From positions 1,408,001 to 1,472,000 of the forward strand of contig CAWEEQ010000004.1 of assembly GCA_963808235.1 (NCBI GenBank): a DNA stretch of 64,000 nucleotides, read 5' to 3'. Positions 19,464-29,194 of the stretch are shown piece by piece. The notes below the pieces were generated by a model. That model did no database searches. It was not told the DNA's origin and saw only the letters and a list, made by a program, of their open reading frames with translations. This DNA is from an uncultured delta proteobacterium (lineage in GTDB: Bacteria > Desulfobacterota > Binatia > Binatales > Binataceae). Positions within the stretch are counted from its first letter, which is position 1; every line of letters begins with the position of its first letter. Made by a program: the position numbers and the translations under genes.

Positions 19464-20069
19464 CTAGAAACCCTCGGCCATCTCGGCGTACAGGTTCTGC
19501 GCAACCATCTGCATCATCGTGTCTTGCGAAGCCGCGGTCATCGCCCCCGCCGTCTGGATATCCGTCATGTGGGAAATATCGCCGGCGCGCAGATTTTGCT
19601 GCAGGAAGGTCGGCGTCGTGGTGACCACGGTCTGTGCCACGATCGGCGTATGCTGGGTGTTGCCGACGTTGCGGGTCGACCAAATGGTTTTGTTCGTGTG
19701 CGTGTCTTTGAGCTCAGCGGTAACTTCCATCGTCTGGTTGTAGTTGGTCGGTTCCAAAACCGAGTTGAAGTTCACCGGCACGGACGTGGCGTACCTGATG
19801 ATGCCGGTCAGCTGCAGGTCCGCATCGGTGGGACTGTCAACTACCTTGAGCCGGCGATGCAACGCGATTTCATCTTTGACGTAGCGCATGAACTCGTCGT
19901 TGATTCCGGTGATGCGGGTGTGATTTTTGAACTGCTCAACGTAAATAGTCTGCGCCGCCGAAGGCAGCGCGTCGCCCGAGCCCGCGAAATGGTATCCGCA
20001 TCCCGAGAGAGCCGCGAGCATCGCGAGCCCCACGAGCTTACTCAGGCTTGGATAGTGCGACTTCGTCAC
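19464..20069 (-). CDS. lptE: LptE family LPS assembly lipoprotein
   Basis: Lipobox LSGCGYHF, IYVEQFKN.T; directly upstream of holA; GTG start overlaps the nusB end. Confidence 0.85.
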   Translation of the reverse strand: MTKSHYPSLSKLVGLAMLAALSGCGYHFAGSGDALPSAAQTIYVEQFKNHTRITGINDEFMRYVKDEIALHRRLKVVDSPTDADLQLTGIIRYATSVPVNFNSVLEPTNYNQTMEVTAELKDTHTNKTIWSTRNVGNTQHTPIVAQTVVTTTPTFLQQNLRAGDISHMTDIQTAGAMTAASQDTMMQMVAQNLYAEMAEGF

Positions 20070-20484
20070 CTTTATTCTTGAGTCCGAGTCGTCCCGCGAT
20101 TTCGTCGAGCACTCCGTTGACGAATCGTCCCGACTCGATATCGCCGTAGCACTTTGCAAGTTCGATCGCCTCATCGATGGTCACGCGCGCGGGAATATCG
20201 TCCATCCTGAGCAGCTCGAACAGCGCGATCCGCATGATGTTATGATCGACGCGGGAGAGCCGCTTGACCGACCAGTGTTCGAGCGCGTCGGCCAGATGCT
20301 TGTCGAGCGCGACCTGCTCGCCGCGCACGCCTTCCATCAGCGTCACCGCAAACTTTCGCGCGCTGTCCTCGGCGGCAAAGCTGTCGAACAGGACGGCCAG
20401 GTCGTCAGTGCTCGCGCCGCCGCATATATCGATTCGATATAGCGCCTTCAGCGCGAGCTCACGCCCAAGATGTCTTAGTCCCAT
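20038..20484 (-). CDS. nusB: Transcription antitermination factor NusB
   Basis: RELALKALY, W...RLSRVD.NI.R, IDEAIELAK.YG, FVNGVLD. Confidence 0.97.
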   Translation of the reverse strand: MGLRHLGRELALKALYRIDICGGASTDDLAVLFDSFAAEDSARKFAVTLMEGVRGEQVALDKHLADALEHWSVKRLSRVDHNIMRIALFELLRMDDIPARVTIDEAIELAKCYGDIESGRFVNGVLDEIAGRLGLKNKGDEVALSKPE

Positions 20485-20542
20485 CGCAGTTCAATAGTAC
20501 TCGCGCCCGCGCCATTTGAAACGCGCCGCGAGCGGAAAACTT

Positions 20543-21754
20543 TCAGGTGATTAACTTGAGCTCCGAGAACAGGTGTCCGAGTTTTTCTTTTTTGGTTTTC
20601 AGGTATCCGATATTGCCCGCATGCGGGGTGACTTCGATCGGCACCCGCGAGACGTTCACTCCGTAGCGGCGGAGGCTTTCGATCTTGTGCGGATTGTTGG
20701 TGAGCAGCTGCACTTCGCCGACGCCGAGATCGCGCAGAATCTGCGCGCCGATTCCATAGTCGCGCAAATCTTCCTCGAAGCCGAGATGAAGATTCGCTTC
20801 CACCGTGTCCATCCCCTGGTCCTGCAATGCGTAGGCGCGAATCTTGTTTCCGAGTCCGATGCCGCGGCCTTCCTGATGAAGGTAGATGATCACGCCGGAA
20901 TCCGCCGCCATTATGCGCTCGAGAGCTTCCTGCAACTGCTCGCCGCAATCGCATCGCGCCGACGCGAACACATCTCCGGTCAGGCATTCCGAATGGAGCC
21001 GCACCAGCACCGGCCGTCCGCCACCGACCTGGCCCTTAAGCAGCGCAAGATGCTCTCGGCCATCGACGATGTTCTTGAAGATCACCGCTCGCAGCACGCC
21101 GCCGCTGATAGGGAACGGCTTCTCGGAAACGCGCTGAACCAGCACCTCGTTGGTCAGGCGCCAGGAGACGAGGTCCTTGATATAGCAAATCGGGATCGAA
21201 TGCGCGGCCGCGAATTCGCGAAGTTCCGGCAGGCGCGCTGCCTCGCCGTCATCGCGGAGCATCGTGCACAGCGCCGCGGCGGGACTCAACCCGGCCGAAC
21301 GTACAAGGTCCACTGCGCCTTCCGCGCGTCCCATTCGCATCATCACGCCGCCGCTCATCGCCATCAGCGGCAACACGTGACCGGGCATCACGATATCGTC
21401 GTGGCGGGATTCCTCGAAGGAGACCACCGAGATCACGCGGGCGCGATCCGCGGCCGAGATGCCGGTGGTGGCGCCCTCGCGCGCATCGATCAGCGATCCG
21501 ACCTGCTCGAGAGAATTGCCGTTGTCGGTGCTTGGCATCACCGGAATGCCGAGCTCGCGGAATCGCTTGTCGGGTATCGCGACGGAGACGATACCGCGCG
21601 CCTCGCGGGCCATGAAATTGATGTCGTCGGGGGTGATCTTTTCCGCCGCCATCACGAGGTCGCCCTCGGCGTCCTCGCGTTCCTCGGCCACCATCACGAC
21701 CATCTTGCCGTCGCGCAGTGCGGAGAAAATCTCTTCTAATGAAGCTGATGACAT
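20543..21754 (-). CDS. ribBA: RibBA fusion: intact GTP cyclohydrolase II domain, degenerate DHBP synthase domain
   Basis: C-half [36 protein letters not shown]; N-half has the RibB fold ([15 protein letters not shown]) but altered catalytic motifs. Alternative start 21784. Confidence 0.95.
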   Translation of the reverse strand: MSSASLEEIFSALRDGKMVVMVAEEREDAEGDLVMAAEKITPDDINFMAREARGIVSVAIPDKRFRELGIPVMPSTDNGNSLEQVGSLIDAREGATTGISAADRARVISVVSFEESRHDDIVMPGHVLPLMAMSGGVMMRMGRAEGAVDLVRSAGLSPAAALCTMLRDDGEAARLPELREFAAAHSIPICYIKDLVSWRLTNEVLVQRVSEKPFPISGGVLRAVIFKNIVDGREHLALLKGQVGGGRPVLVRLHSECLTGDVFASARCDCGEQLQEALERIMAADSGVIIYLHQEGRGIGLGNKIRAYALQDQGMDTVEANLHLGFEEDLRDYGIGAQILRDLGVGEVQLLTNNPHKIESLRRYGVNVSRVPIEVTPHAGNIGYLKTKKEKLGHLFSELKLIT

Positions 21755-21796
21755 CTTATGTTCGTCGCCGATGGATATTATCACTGGCCTACCGGC

Positions 21797-22940
21797 CTAA
21801 CCAGTGCGGCCTTTTCCATTCACAGTCCTGGATCGTTTGCGATGCGCGAGGCGGGCTTCGAGTAACCAGTCGTCGCCGACGCGGCGCGCGGTAAAATCGG
21901 CAAGCTCGGATGGGTCGCGTAGTCCGCCTGCGTGCATCCCCGCGATAGCCGGGATGCCCGCGCCGAAAATTTTCGGGGCGACGAAGAATGCGACTCGATC
22001 GACTATGCCGGCCTCTAGCGCCGACCCGGCTAGGTGAGCGCCGCCTTCGATCAGGACATTGGACCATCCGCGCCGCCCAAATTCATGCATGAGCTCGTCG
22101 AGTGCGAGTTCGCCCGCGTGCGCGTTGACTGAAATCACCTCGACTCCGCGCGCGCGCGTATTTTCGGCGCGCGCGGGCGAGATTCGCATTTGTCGTGACG
22201 ATAATCGCCGCCGCCTTTGATCGTTCGCGATAGACCCGGGCCGTTGGCGCGGTGCGAAGTCGGGCGTCGATGATGACGCGCACCGGATCGCGGCCGCCGG
22301 CTATCCGGCACGTGAGGCGTGGGTCGTCGGCAATCACGGTGCCCGCGCCGACCATCACCGCGTCGCATTCGCGGCGCCATCGATGCACCAGCTCGCGCGA
22401 CGGCGCCGAACTTATCCATTTCATCGATCGCGAGTCAGCCGCGATTCTGCCGTCGAGAGTCATCGCGAGCTTCAGGATTCCGGCTGGGCGGCCGCGCGTG
22501 ATGCGGGTGATGAATCCTTCGTTGAGCCGTTTCGCCGCGTTTTCCAATACTCCGGTCGTGACTTCGATTCCGGCGCGTTTCAGGATTGCGATCCCGCGCC
22601 CCTTAACGCGCGGATCAGGATCGAGGCATCCGACCACGACTCTCTTTACTCCGGCGTCGACCAACGCGTTTGCGCAGGGCGGAGTCTGTCCGACGTGAGC
22701 GCACGGCTCGAACGAAACGTAGGCGGTCGCGCCGCGAGCTTTGCTTCCCGCGACATAGAGCGCCCGCGCTTCGCCGTGCGGACGTCCGCCCGTAGCGGTC
22801 ACGCCGCGCGCGACGACTTTGCCGGCGCGAACGATCACGCATCCCACTGCAGGATTCGGGGTGGTCAGGCCGAGCTGAGCTTCTGCGAGCGAGAGAGCCT
22901 CGCGCATAAAGCGATCGTCGGTCTCCGCAGAGCCGCGCAT
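21797..22940 (-). CDS. ribD: Bifunctional pyrimidine deaminase/reductase RibD, frameshifted at ~22150
   Basis: PNPAVGCV, HGE, EPC.H...TPPC, KLAMTLDG, GTV..DDP.LT; C-terminal VLIEGG is in another frame after a (CG)6 tract at 22147-22158. Confidence 0.93.
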
Positions 22941-22948
22941 GTTGGGAA

Positions 22949-23458
22949 TCAGGAGGCCGAGTCGCCCTTCTTGTCGCCGCGCGTCGTGGCGGGAGGGCCT
23001 TGCTTGCGTTGATTGATCAGGTCTTCGAGTTCGTGCATGAACTCATCGATATCCTTGAACGATCGATAAACCGACGCGAAGCGGACGTATGCAACCTGGT
23101 CGATCTTGTGCAACTCGTTCATGACCGCGGCGCCGATCTTGTGGCTCGGGACTTCGCGGTCACTCTGCTCGCTCATCGCAGTTTCGATATTGCCGGCGAT
23201 CTGCTCGATCGTTTCCATGGAGACCGGCCGCTTCTCACAGGCGCGCTTCAACCCTGCGATTATCTTCGCTCGATCGAACGGCTCGCGCCGCCCATCCTTC
23301 TTCACGACCATCGGCGCCGATTCCTCGACTCGTTCGTAAGTGGTGAAGCGGCGCTTGCATGCGTTGCACATCCGCCGGCGCCGGATCATCCCGCCGTCCG
23401 CAGACAGCCTGGAATCGACCACGCGATTTCCGCGCTTGCGGCAGAAGGGGCACCGCAT
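22949..23458 (-). CDS. nrdR: Transcriptional repressor NrdR
   Basis: MRCPFC, VVDSR, RRRR.C..C..RFTTYE, ATP cone, [10 protein letters not shown]. Confidence 0.98.
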   Translation of the reverse strand: MRCPFCRKRGNRVVDSRLSADGGMIRRRRMCNACKRRFTTYERVEESAPMVVKKDGRREPFDRAKIIAGLKRACEKRPVSMETIEQIAGNIETAMSEQSDREVPSHKIGAAVMNELHKIDQVAYVRFASVYRSFKDIDEFMHELEDLINQRKQGPPATTRGDKKGDSAS

Positions 23459-23559
23459 CGGCTAGCTTGAGCCCGAAAAAACGAACCGGCAGGCAGGCGA
23501 TTCGCATCGCCAGCGCCGGCTCGATGAATTGTCACAAACGAGTATGAACGCGAAGGGTT

Positions 23560-23799
23560 TCAGCTCTTGTGAGCCTCGATATAGGTGACGACGTCCTTGA
23601 CGGTGCGGATTTTCTCGGCGTCCTCATCGGAGATTTCGATATTGAACTCCTCCTCCAAGGCCATCACCAGCTCGACGATATCGAGCGAATCCGCGCCGAG
23701 GTCCTCGATAAACGAGGCCTCCGGGGTAACTTCATCCGTAGCCACACCCAACTGCTCGCTTATCTTCTCGCGAACTTTGGTTTCGATATCTTGAGCCAT
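23560..23799 (-). CDS. acpP: Acyl carrier protein
   Basis: [20 protein letters not shown]. Confidence 0.98.
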   Translation of the reverse strand: MAQDIETKVREKISEQLGVATDEVTPEASFIEDLGADSLDIVELVMALEEEFNIEISDEDAEKIRTVKDVVTYIEAHKS

Positions 23800-24012
23800 C
23801 GTGCTCTGGTTCCTCCTGGCAGCGCGGCCGTCGAGGGCCGCATATCAATTTCTAGTCTTGTCTTCTAATCTTGTCGCCTCGCGCCGCTTAAAACCCGCAC
23901 ATTCTAATTTCGCCAACGTCATGATGCGTGCGATGACGGTCTGGAGGTTGAGGTTAAATTATCAGGGGAGCATAAGGACTTAAAGATGTACTGGCAAGCC
24001 GATCCTTCACGG

Positions 24013-24954
24013 CTATCCCGCCGTTCCCGCTTCCGACACCGCTTTGAGCGACGCGAGATCTTCGACTGGCCTGACCCGGATGGTCCGATACATCCGGCGC
24101 ATCAGGCCCATCAGCACCCGCCCGCAGCCGAATTCGATTGCCTCGGTGACGCCGCTGCTCGCGACCACGCCCATCGATTCTTCCCACCTGACCGGTGCAG
24201 TTATCTGTTCGAGGAGCATCGGCACGACGCGCGCGGGATCGCGATTCACCTGTGCGGTCACGTTCGCGATCACGCCAAACTTGAACTGGCTCACCTTGAT
24301 GTTGCCGAGCACCGCGGCCATCGCCTCGCGCGCAGGCTGCATCAGCGGACAATGGAAGGGTGCGCTGACCTTGAGCTCCACGGACATCGAAGCGCTCCGC
24401 TCTTTGGCGAGCTCGAGCGCGCGACGGACTGGCGCGGCATGGCCGGCGATCACGATCTGTCCCGGGGCGTTGAGGTTCGCCGGCACCGCGAGCTGGCCGT
24501 TGCCGCTGACCTCCGCGCAAATTTCGTTGACTTGTGAAAAATCGAGACCGATAAGCGCCGCCATCGCGCCCGTGCCGGCCGGAACCGCAGCCTGCATCAA
24601 ACGACCACGCTCGCGGACCGCGCGGATTGCGTCGGCAAACTCGATCGCGCCGGCCGCTACCAGCGCGCTGTATTCGCCCAGGCTATGGCCCGCCGCGACC
24701 ACCGGCTCGATTCCGACTTCATGCTGATAAACGCGCAGCGCCGCAATTGACGCCGCCACGATCGCCGGCTGGGTGTTGACGGTGAGCTTTAGCTCGTCTT
24801 CCGGCCCTTCGAAGCAAAGTCGCGAAAGTGAGAATCCGGCCGCTTCGTCAGCTTCGGCGAAGGTGCGGCGCGCGAGGTCGAAGTTATCGGCCAGCTCCTT
24901 GCCCATCCCGACGCGCTGCGATCCCTGTCCGGGAAAAAGAAACGCCAGCTTCAT
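24013..24954 (-). CDS. fabD: Malonyl-CoA-ACP transacylase
   Basis: FPGQGSQ, TQPA, GHSLGEY, VSAPFH, PVRW. Confidence 0.98.
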   Translation of the reverse strand: MKLAFLFPGQGSQRVGMGKELADNFDLARRTFAEADEAAGFSLSRLCFEGPEDELKLTVNTQPAIVAASIAALRVYQHEVGIEPVVAAGHSLGEYSALVAAGAIEFADAIRAVRERGRLMQAAVPAGTGAMAALIGLDFSQVNEICAEVSGNGQLAVPANLNAPGQIVIAGHAAPVRRALELAKERSASMSVELKVSAPFHCPLMQPAREAMAAVLGNIKVSQFKFGVIANVTAQVNRDPARVVPMLLEQITAPVRWEESMGVVASSGVTEAIEFGCGRVLMGLMRRMYRTIRVRPVEDLASLKAVSEAGTAG

Positions 24955-24978
24955 CGCACGATCTCTAAGCTGTTGGTT

Positions 24979-26361
24979 TTAATTTTTCGAATGCTCCGGC
25001 GAATCGTCGTCCGTCTTCAACTCCCTGGTTCCGGATTTGAGCTCGCCCGACAGGTGTTTCTTGTCCCCGCTCGCAACCCCGTTGTGTGCCGGGGCCGGCG
25101 TGCCATCGACCGCCGAGCTCGAGTGCGACGACTCATAGCGCGCGCGCTCGATCTTCAACTCGTCGGGGCTACGTTCAGTCCCATGCTCCGGCGGCGGCTC
25201 GTGCTGTCCGTCGGCGGGATGCGCTTCCCGGTCTGGGTGCGGATGCGTTTCCTTGTCTGGATGGGCATGCGCGTCTTCCTTTTCGCGCCGGTGCAACCGC
25301 TCACGCATTTTACCGAACAACGCGCGGATTCCCTTGCCTGCGGGCTTAACTGGCGCAACGGGTTGAATCTTGGCAAGAATTTCAAGAATTTCCGCGTTCA
25401 CATGATGCACCAGCTGCTCGTTCGCGGCGGCGCGAATTGCGCTCCGAATTGCGCGCGGATTCGACGAGCCATGCGCGATTATCGATACCCCGCTGACTCC
25501 GAGCAGCGGCGCGCCGCCGTATTCCGAGGGGTCGAGTCGCTCGCGCATCGCAGTGAGGTGTTTGCGTATCAGCAGGTATGCTAGCCGGGTGCGCCAGTTC
25601 GCGCCGAACAGCCCGCGCAGACTGCCCAGCATGAACGATGCAAATCCTTCCATCGTCTTCAGCGCGACGTTTCCGTTGAACCCGTCGGTGACGACGATAT
25701 CCACCTTGGCCCGGTTGATATCGCGCCCCTCGACGTAGCCAACGTAGTGGACGTAGGTCGGCATCTGCTGGAGCATCGCCGCCGCGGCGCGCGTGATATC
25801 GGTGCCCTTGGACGCTTCCTCGCCGTTGGACAGAATGCCAACTCGTGGCCGCGAAACGTTTCGCACATGGCGCCAATACACGCTGCCCATCACGGCGAAC
25901 TGCACGAGGTTGATTGGCTTTACGTCGGTGTTCGCGCCCGCGTCTATCAAGAGCCCGAAGCCCTCGCTGGTGGGCACCAGCGACGCGATCGCGGGCCGGT
26001 CGACGTTGGCGAGATTGCCAAGGATCATCATCGAGGCGGTCATCACCGCGCCCGAATTTCCGGCGCTAACGAATGCGCTCGCGTCTCCGCGCTTTACGAG
26101 ATCGAGTCCAACGTGAATCGACGAGCGCGGCTTCGACAGGACCGACTCGAGTGGCGAGTCGTCCATCAGCACAACTTCGGGTGCATGCTCGATTCGAATC
26201 GGCAGGTTGGCGGCGTCGTGGTCGGCAAGTTCGCGGGCAAGGATCTCCCCGTCGCCCACCAACACGACCTCGATGCCGAAGTCGCGGGCGGCCAGGACGG
26301 CGCCTTCAACGGTCGCCTTTGGGGCGAGATCACCCCCCATCGCGTCGAGCGCGATTTTCAC
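24979..26361 (-). CDS. plsX: Phosphate acyltransferase PlsX with long C-terminal extension
   Basis: IALDAMGGD, SAGNSGA, RPAI, D.GAN, NGEE..KG, DGF.GN.ALK..EG, GAPLLG, HGSS. Confidence 0.97.
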   Translation of the reverse strand: MKIALDAMGGDLAPKATVEGAVLAARDFGIEVVLVGDGEILARELADHDAANLPIRIEHAPEVVLMDDSPLESVLSKPRSSIHVGLDLVKRGDASAFVSAGNSGAVMTASMMILGNLANVDRPAIASLVPTSEGFGLLIDAGANTDVKPINLVQFAVMGSVYWRHVRNVSRPRVGILSNGEEASKGTDITRAAAAMLQQMPTYVHYVGYVEGRDINRAKVDIVVTDGFNGNVALKTMEGFASFMLGSLRGLFGANWRTRLAYLLIRKHLTAMRERLDPSEYGGAPLLGVSGVSIIAHGSSNPRAIRSAIRAAANEQLVHHVNAEILEILAKIQPVAPVKPAGKGIRALFGKMRERLHRREKEDAHAHPDKETHPHPDREAHPADGQHEPPPEHGTERSPDELKIERARYESSHSSSAVDGTPAPAHNGVASGDKKHLSGELKSGTRELKTDDDSPEHSKN

Positions 26362-26379
26362 GGCGCGTACCTTGCGCGC

Positions 26380-26559
26380 CTATTCCTTGATCTCGACGAG
26401 CTGGCGCCCGCGGTAGGAGCCGCAATGGCGGCAGATGCGATGGGGCATCACGGGCTCGCCGCACGAGGTGCAGGTGCCGGGGTTGACTGCGCGAAGCGCA
26501 TCGTGTGCGCGGCGCATATTTTTCTTCGAGTGCGAAGTTCGGCGTTTGGGTGCTTGCAT
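26380..26559 (-). CDS. rpmF: 50S ribosomal protein L32 (zinc-ribbon type); not in the supplied ORF track
   Basis: Manual translation: MQAPKRRTSHSKKNMRRAHDALRAVNPGTCTSCGEPVMPHRICRHCGSYRGRQLVEIKE*. Confidence 0.97.
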   Translation of the reverse strand: MQAPKRRTSHSKKNMRRAHDALRAVNPGTCTSCGEPVMPHRICRHCGSYRGRQLVEIKE

Positions 26560-26593
26560 GGCGAATTACTTCCTAATGTTGGGGTAAAGTGTA

Positions 26594-27133
26594 TCAGGAG
26601 CGCGGCAGTTTAAGCGACCGGAGCGCTTCGAGGCGCGGGTCGAAAGTTTCGGCGACGCACCCGCATTCAGTGCGATTCAGATTGGCCCCGCAATGAGGGC
26701 ATAAGCCGCGGCAATCTTCCTGGCATAGCGGACGGGTCGGCAGCGCGAGAATTACCTGCTCTCTTATTAGCGGGCTCAAGTCGACTTGCTCACCCTCGTA
26801 GAGCGAAAATTCGAGATCCTCTTCGCGAAGAGTGTCGTTGCCATAGCCGACCGACCTGGGCGAGAGCACGAATCGAAAGCGCCGATCGCTGGTCGCATCG
26901 AACTCCTCAGCGCATCGAGCGCACACCGCGCCGGTCCGTGCCTTCAGGATGCCGGTGAAAAATAGCTCCATGCCCGCGCGATAGAATGACGTCGTAACTT
27001 CAACCGGCCCTTCCAGGTGATACTCGCGGATCGGTCCCTGCCCGAGGATACGATTGATCTCCTGCTCCGGCTCGGCAAAGGACAGCTCCTTGGCCTCGCC
27101 CGTTATGTCCTCTAATCGGATTATCACCGGCAA
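26594..27133 (-). CDS. yceD: DUF177/YceD family protein
   Basis: C.RC, DL..LIREQV.LALP..PLC..DCRGLCP.CG.NLN, DPR; upstream of rpmF. Confidence 0.93.
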   Translation of the reverse strand: MPVIIRLEDITGEAKELSFAEPEQEINRILGQGPIREYHLEGPVEVTTSFYRAGMELFFTGILKARTGAVCARCAEEFDATSDRRFRFVLSPRSVGYGNDTLREEDLEFSLYEGEQVDLSPLIREQVILALPTRPLCQEDCRGLCPHCGANLNRTECGCVAETFDPRLEALRSLKLPRS

Positions 27134-27262
27134 TCACTGGTTCACTGGTCACCGTGATCAATTTGACGAAACTGGGACGAGAATTATTGCACGTCGCGCC
27201 CGATGTTCAAATACGCGGTTTAGCTGTAGCTTCAGGGATATTTTATTGAAAGGATCCCGCCG

Positions 27263-28522
27263 ATGGCGACTGGGCGATTTGATTTTCCGAAAAATTTCCT
27301 GTGGGGTACCGCGACCGCGGCCCATCAGGTCGAAGGCAGCAACATCAACAGCGACTACTGGGTGCTGGAGCATACTCCCGGCTCGCCGTTCGTCGAGCCA
27401 TCGGGCGACGCTTGCGACCAGTACCATCGCTACGCCGACGACATCGCGATGCTCGCGCGGCTCGGCTTCAACAGCTACCGATTTTCGATTGAATGGGCCC
27501 GCGTCGAGCCGGAGCCGGGCGAGTTCTCAACCGCAGAACTCGATCACTATCGCCGGCTGTTGGCGTGCTGCCACGAGCACAAGGTAACGCCCATAGTGAC
27601 GTTTCATCATTTCACGTCGCCGCGATGGGTCACCGGTGACGGCGGATGGGAAAACAGGAAAACTGCCGAGCGCTTCGCTACCTACTGCGAGCGCGCGGCC
27701 GGCCATCTTGGCGACCTGATCGGCGTCGCGTGCACGATCAACGAGGCCAATCTCGGCGCCTACCAATATCTGATCGGCACGCTGCCGGCCAAATTTGACC
27801 CGGCGCACCTGCCGTGGCTCGCGGAAGCGGCGCGCAGAATCGGCGCCGACCCGAATCGCTTCGCCCCTTCATGATGTGCGATCAGATGAAGGCGCGCGAC
27901 ACGATGCTCGAGGCACATCGGCTCTCGGCCGCGGCGCTCAAATCGTCGCGGGGCAAATTTCCGGTCGGCATCTGCCTCGCGCTCGGCGACCTGCAGGCCG
28001 ATGCCAGGCGGCGAGGATCGACGCGATCGCATCAAGGCGGAATGCCAGGACATCTTCTACGAAGCGGCGCGGGGAGACGATTTCATCGGCGTGCAAACCT
28101 ACACAAGAAACCGCATCGCCGCCGATCGCACACTCGGACCCGAAGCCGGCGTCGAGACGACACTGATGGGCTACGAGTTCTGGCCCGAGGCGCTCGAGGC
28201 AACGATCCGGCAGGCGAGCGCAGTCGCCAAAGTCCCGGTGATCGTCACCGAAAACGGCATCGGCACCGACAAGGACGATAGGCGCATCGAGTACGTGCGG
28301 CGCGCATTAAACGGCGTCGCGCGATGCATCCGCGACGGCATCGACGTTCGCGGCTACTGCTACTGGTCGCTCCTCGACAACTACGAATGGAACTCGGGCT
28401 ATCGTCCAACCTTCGGATTGGTGGCCGTCGATCGTAAAACTCAAGCCCGCACGGAGAAGCCCAGCGCCCGATGGCTCGGCGAAATCGCGCGCGCCAACGC
28501 AATCGACCTCGCGACCGAGTGA
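27263..28522 (+). CDS. Glycoside hydrolase family 1 (beta-glucosidase-like), two compensating frameshifts
   Basis: FLWGTATAAHQVEG, YRFSIEWARVEP, TINE acid/base, VTENG nucleophile, WSLLDNYEW; frame changes at ~27865 and ~27999. Confidence 0.92.
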
Positions 28523-28527
28523 ACGGG

Positions 28528-29187
28528 TTAGGTCGTCTTCACGCCGATCTTCGGGCAATCCGTCGACACCGCGCACGTCTCGCAATTCGGTTTGCGCGCC
28601 ATACAGACCTGGCGTCCGTGCAGGATCAGACGCATCGAAAACGGTGTCCAATCGTCGGGCGGCAGGATTTTCTGCATCTCGATTTCGATTTTGTCGGGGT
28701 CCGTCTGTTTCGTGAATCCGAGCCGCTTCGTTAGTCGTCGCACATGAGTATCGACGACGAACGCCGGCTTCCCAAAGACGTGCCCTAGGATCACGTTGGC
28801 GGTCTTGCGGCCTACGCCGCGGAGTTTTACCAACTGCTCCATCTCGGACGGCACTTCGCCGCCGTGCTGTTCGACCAGCGATTGCGCGGTACCGATCAGC
28901 GACCTGGTCTTCTGCCGGAAGAAGCCGGTCGTCACGATCAACTGTTCAACTCGCTTCGGGTCCGCTTTCGCCATCGCTCGCGCGTCCGGATACTCGCGAA
29001 AGAGCGCGGGCGTTGCGCGGTTGACTCCGGCGTCGGTGGATTGCGCCGACAGGATAGTCGCCGCGAGGCATTGCCACGGCGTCTTGAAATCCAGGCTGAT
29101 GCGCGCCGTCGGGTACAACTTCGCGAGCGCCGCCGAAATTCTCACCGCGCGTTTTTTCGCTGAGGCGAGCGACTCCCGCGGAGGCAT
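28528..29187 (-). CDS. nth: Endonuclease III
   Basis: LSAQSTD..VN, L.GVGRKTANV, VDTHV.R, 4Fe-4S motif C.ARKPNC..C.....CP. Confidence 0.97.
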   Translation of the reverse strand: MPPRESLASAKKRAVRISAALAKLYPTARISLDFKTPWQCLAATILSAQSTDAGVNRATPALFREYPDARAMAKADPKRVEQLIVTTGFFRQKTRSLIGTAQSLVEQHGGEVPSEMEQLVKLRGVGRKTANVILGHVFGKPAFVVDTHVRRLTKRLGFTKQTDPDKIEIEMQKILPPDDWTPFSMRLILHGRQVCMARKPNCETCAVSTDCPKIGVKTT

Positions 29188-29194
29188 CAGACCC

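Noticed and set aside
23800-24012. fabG remnant between fabD and acpP
   Set aside because: A short frame (VKDRLASTSLSPYAPLII) follows fabD but has no SDR motif such as TGxxxGIG; more likely acpP promoter DNA.
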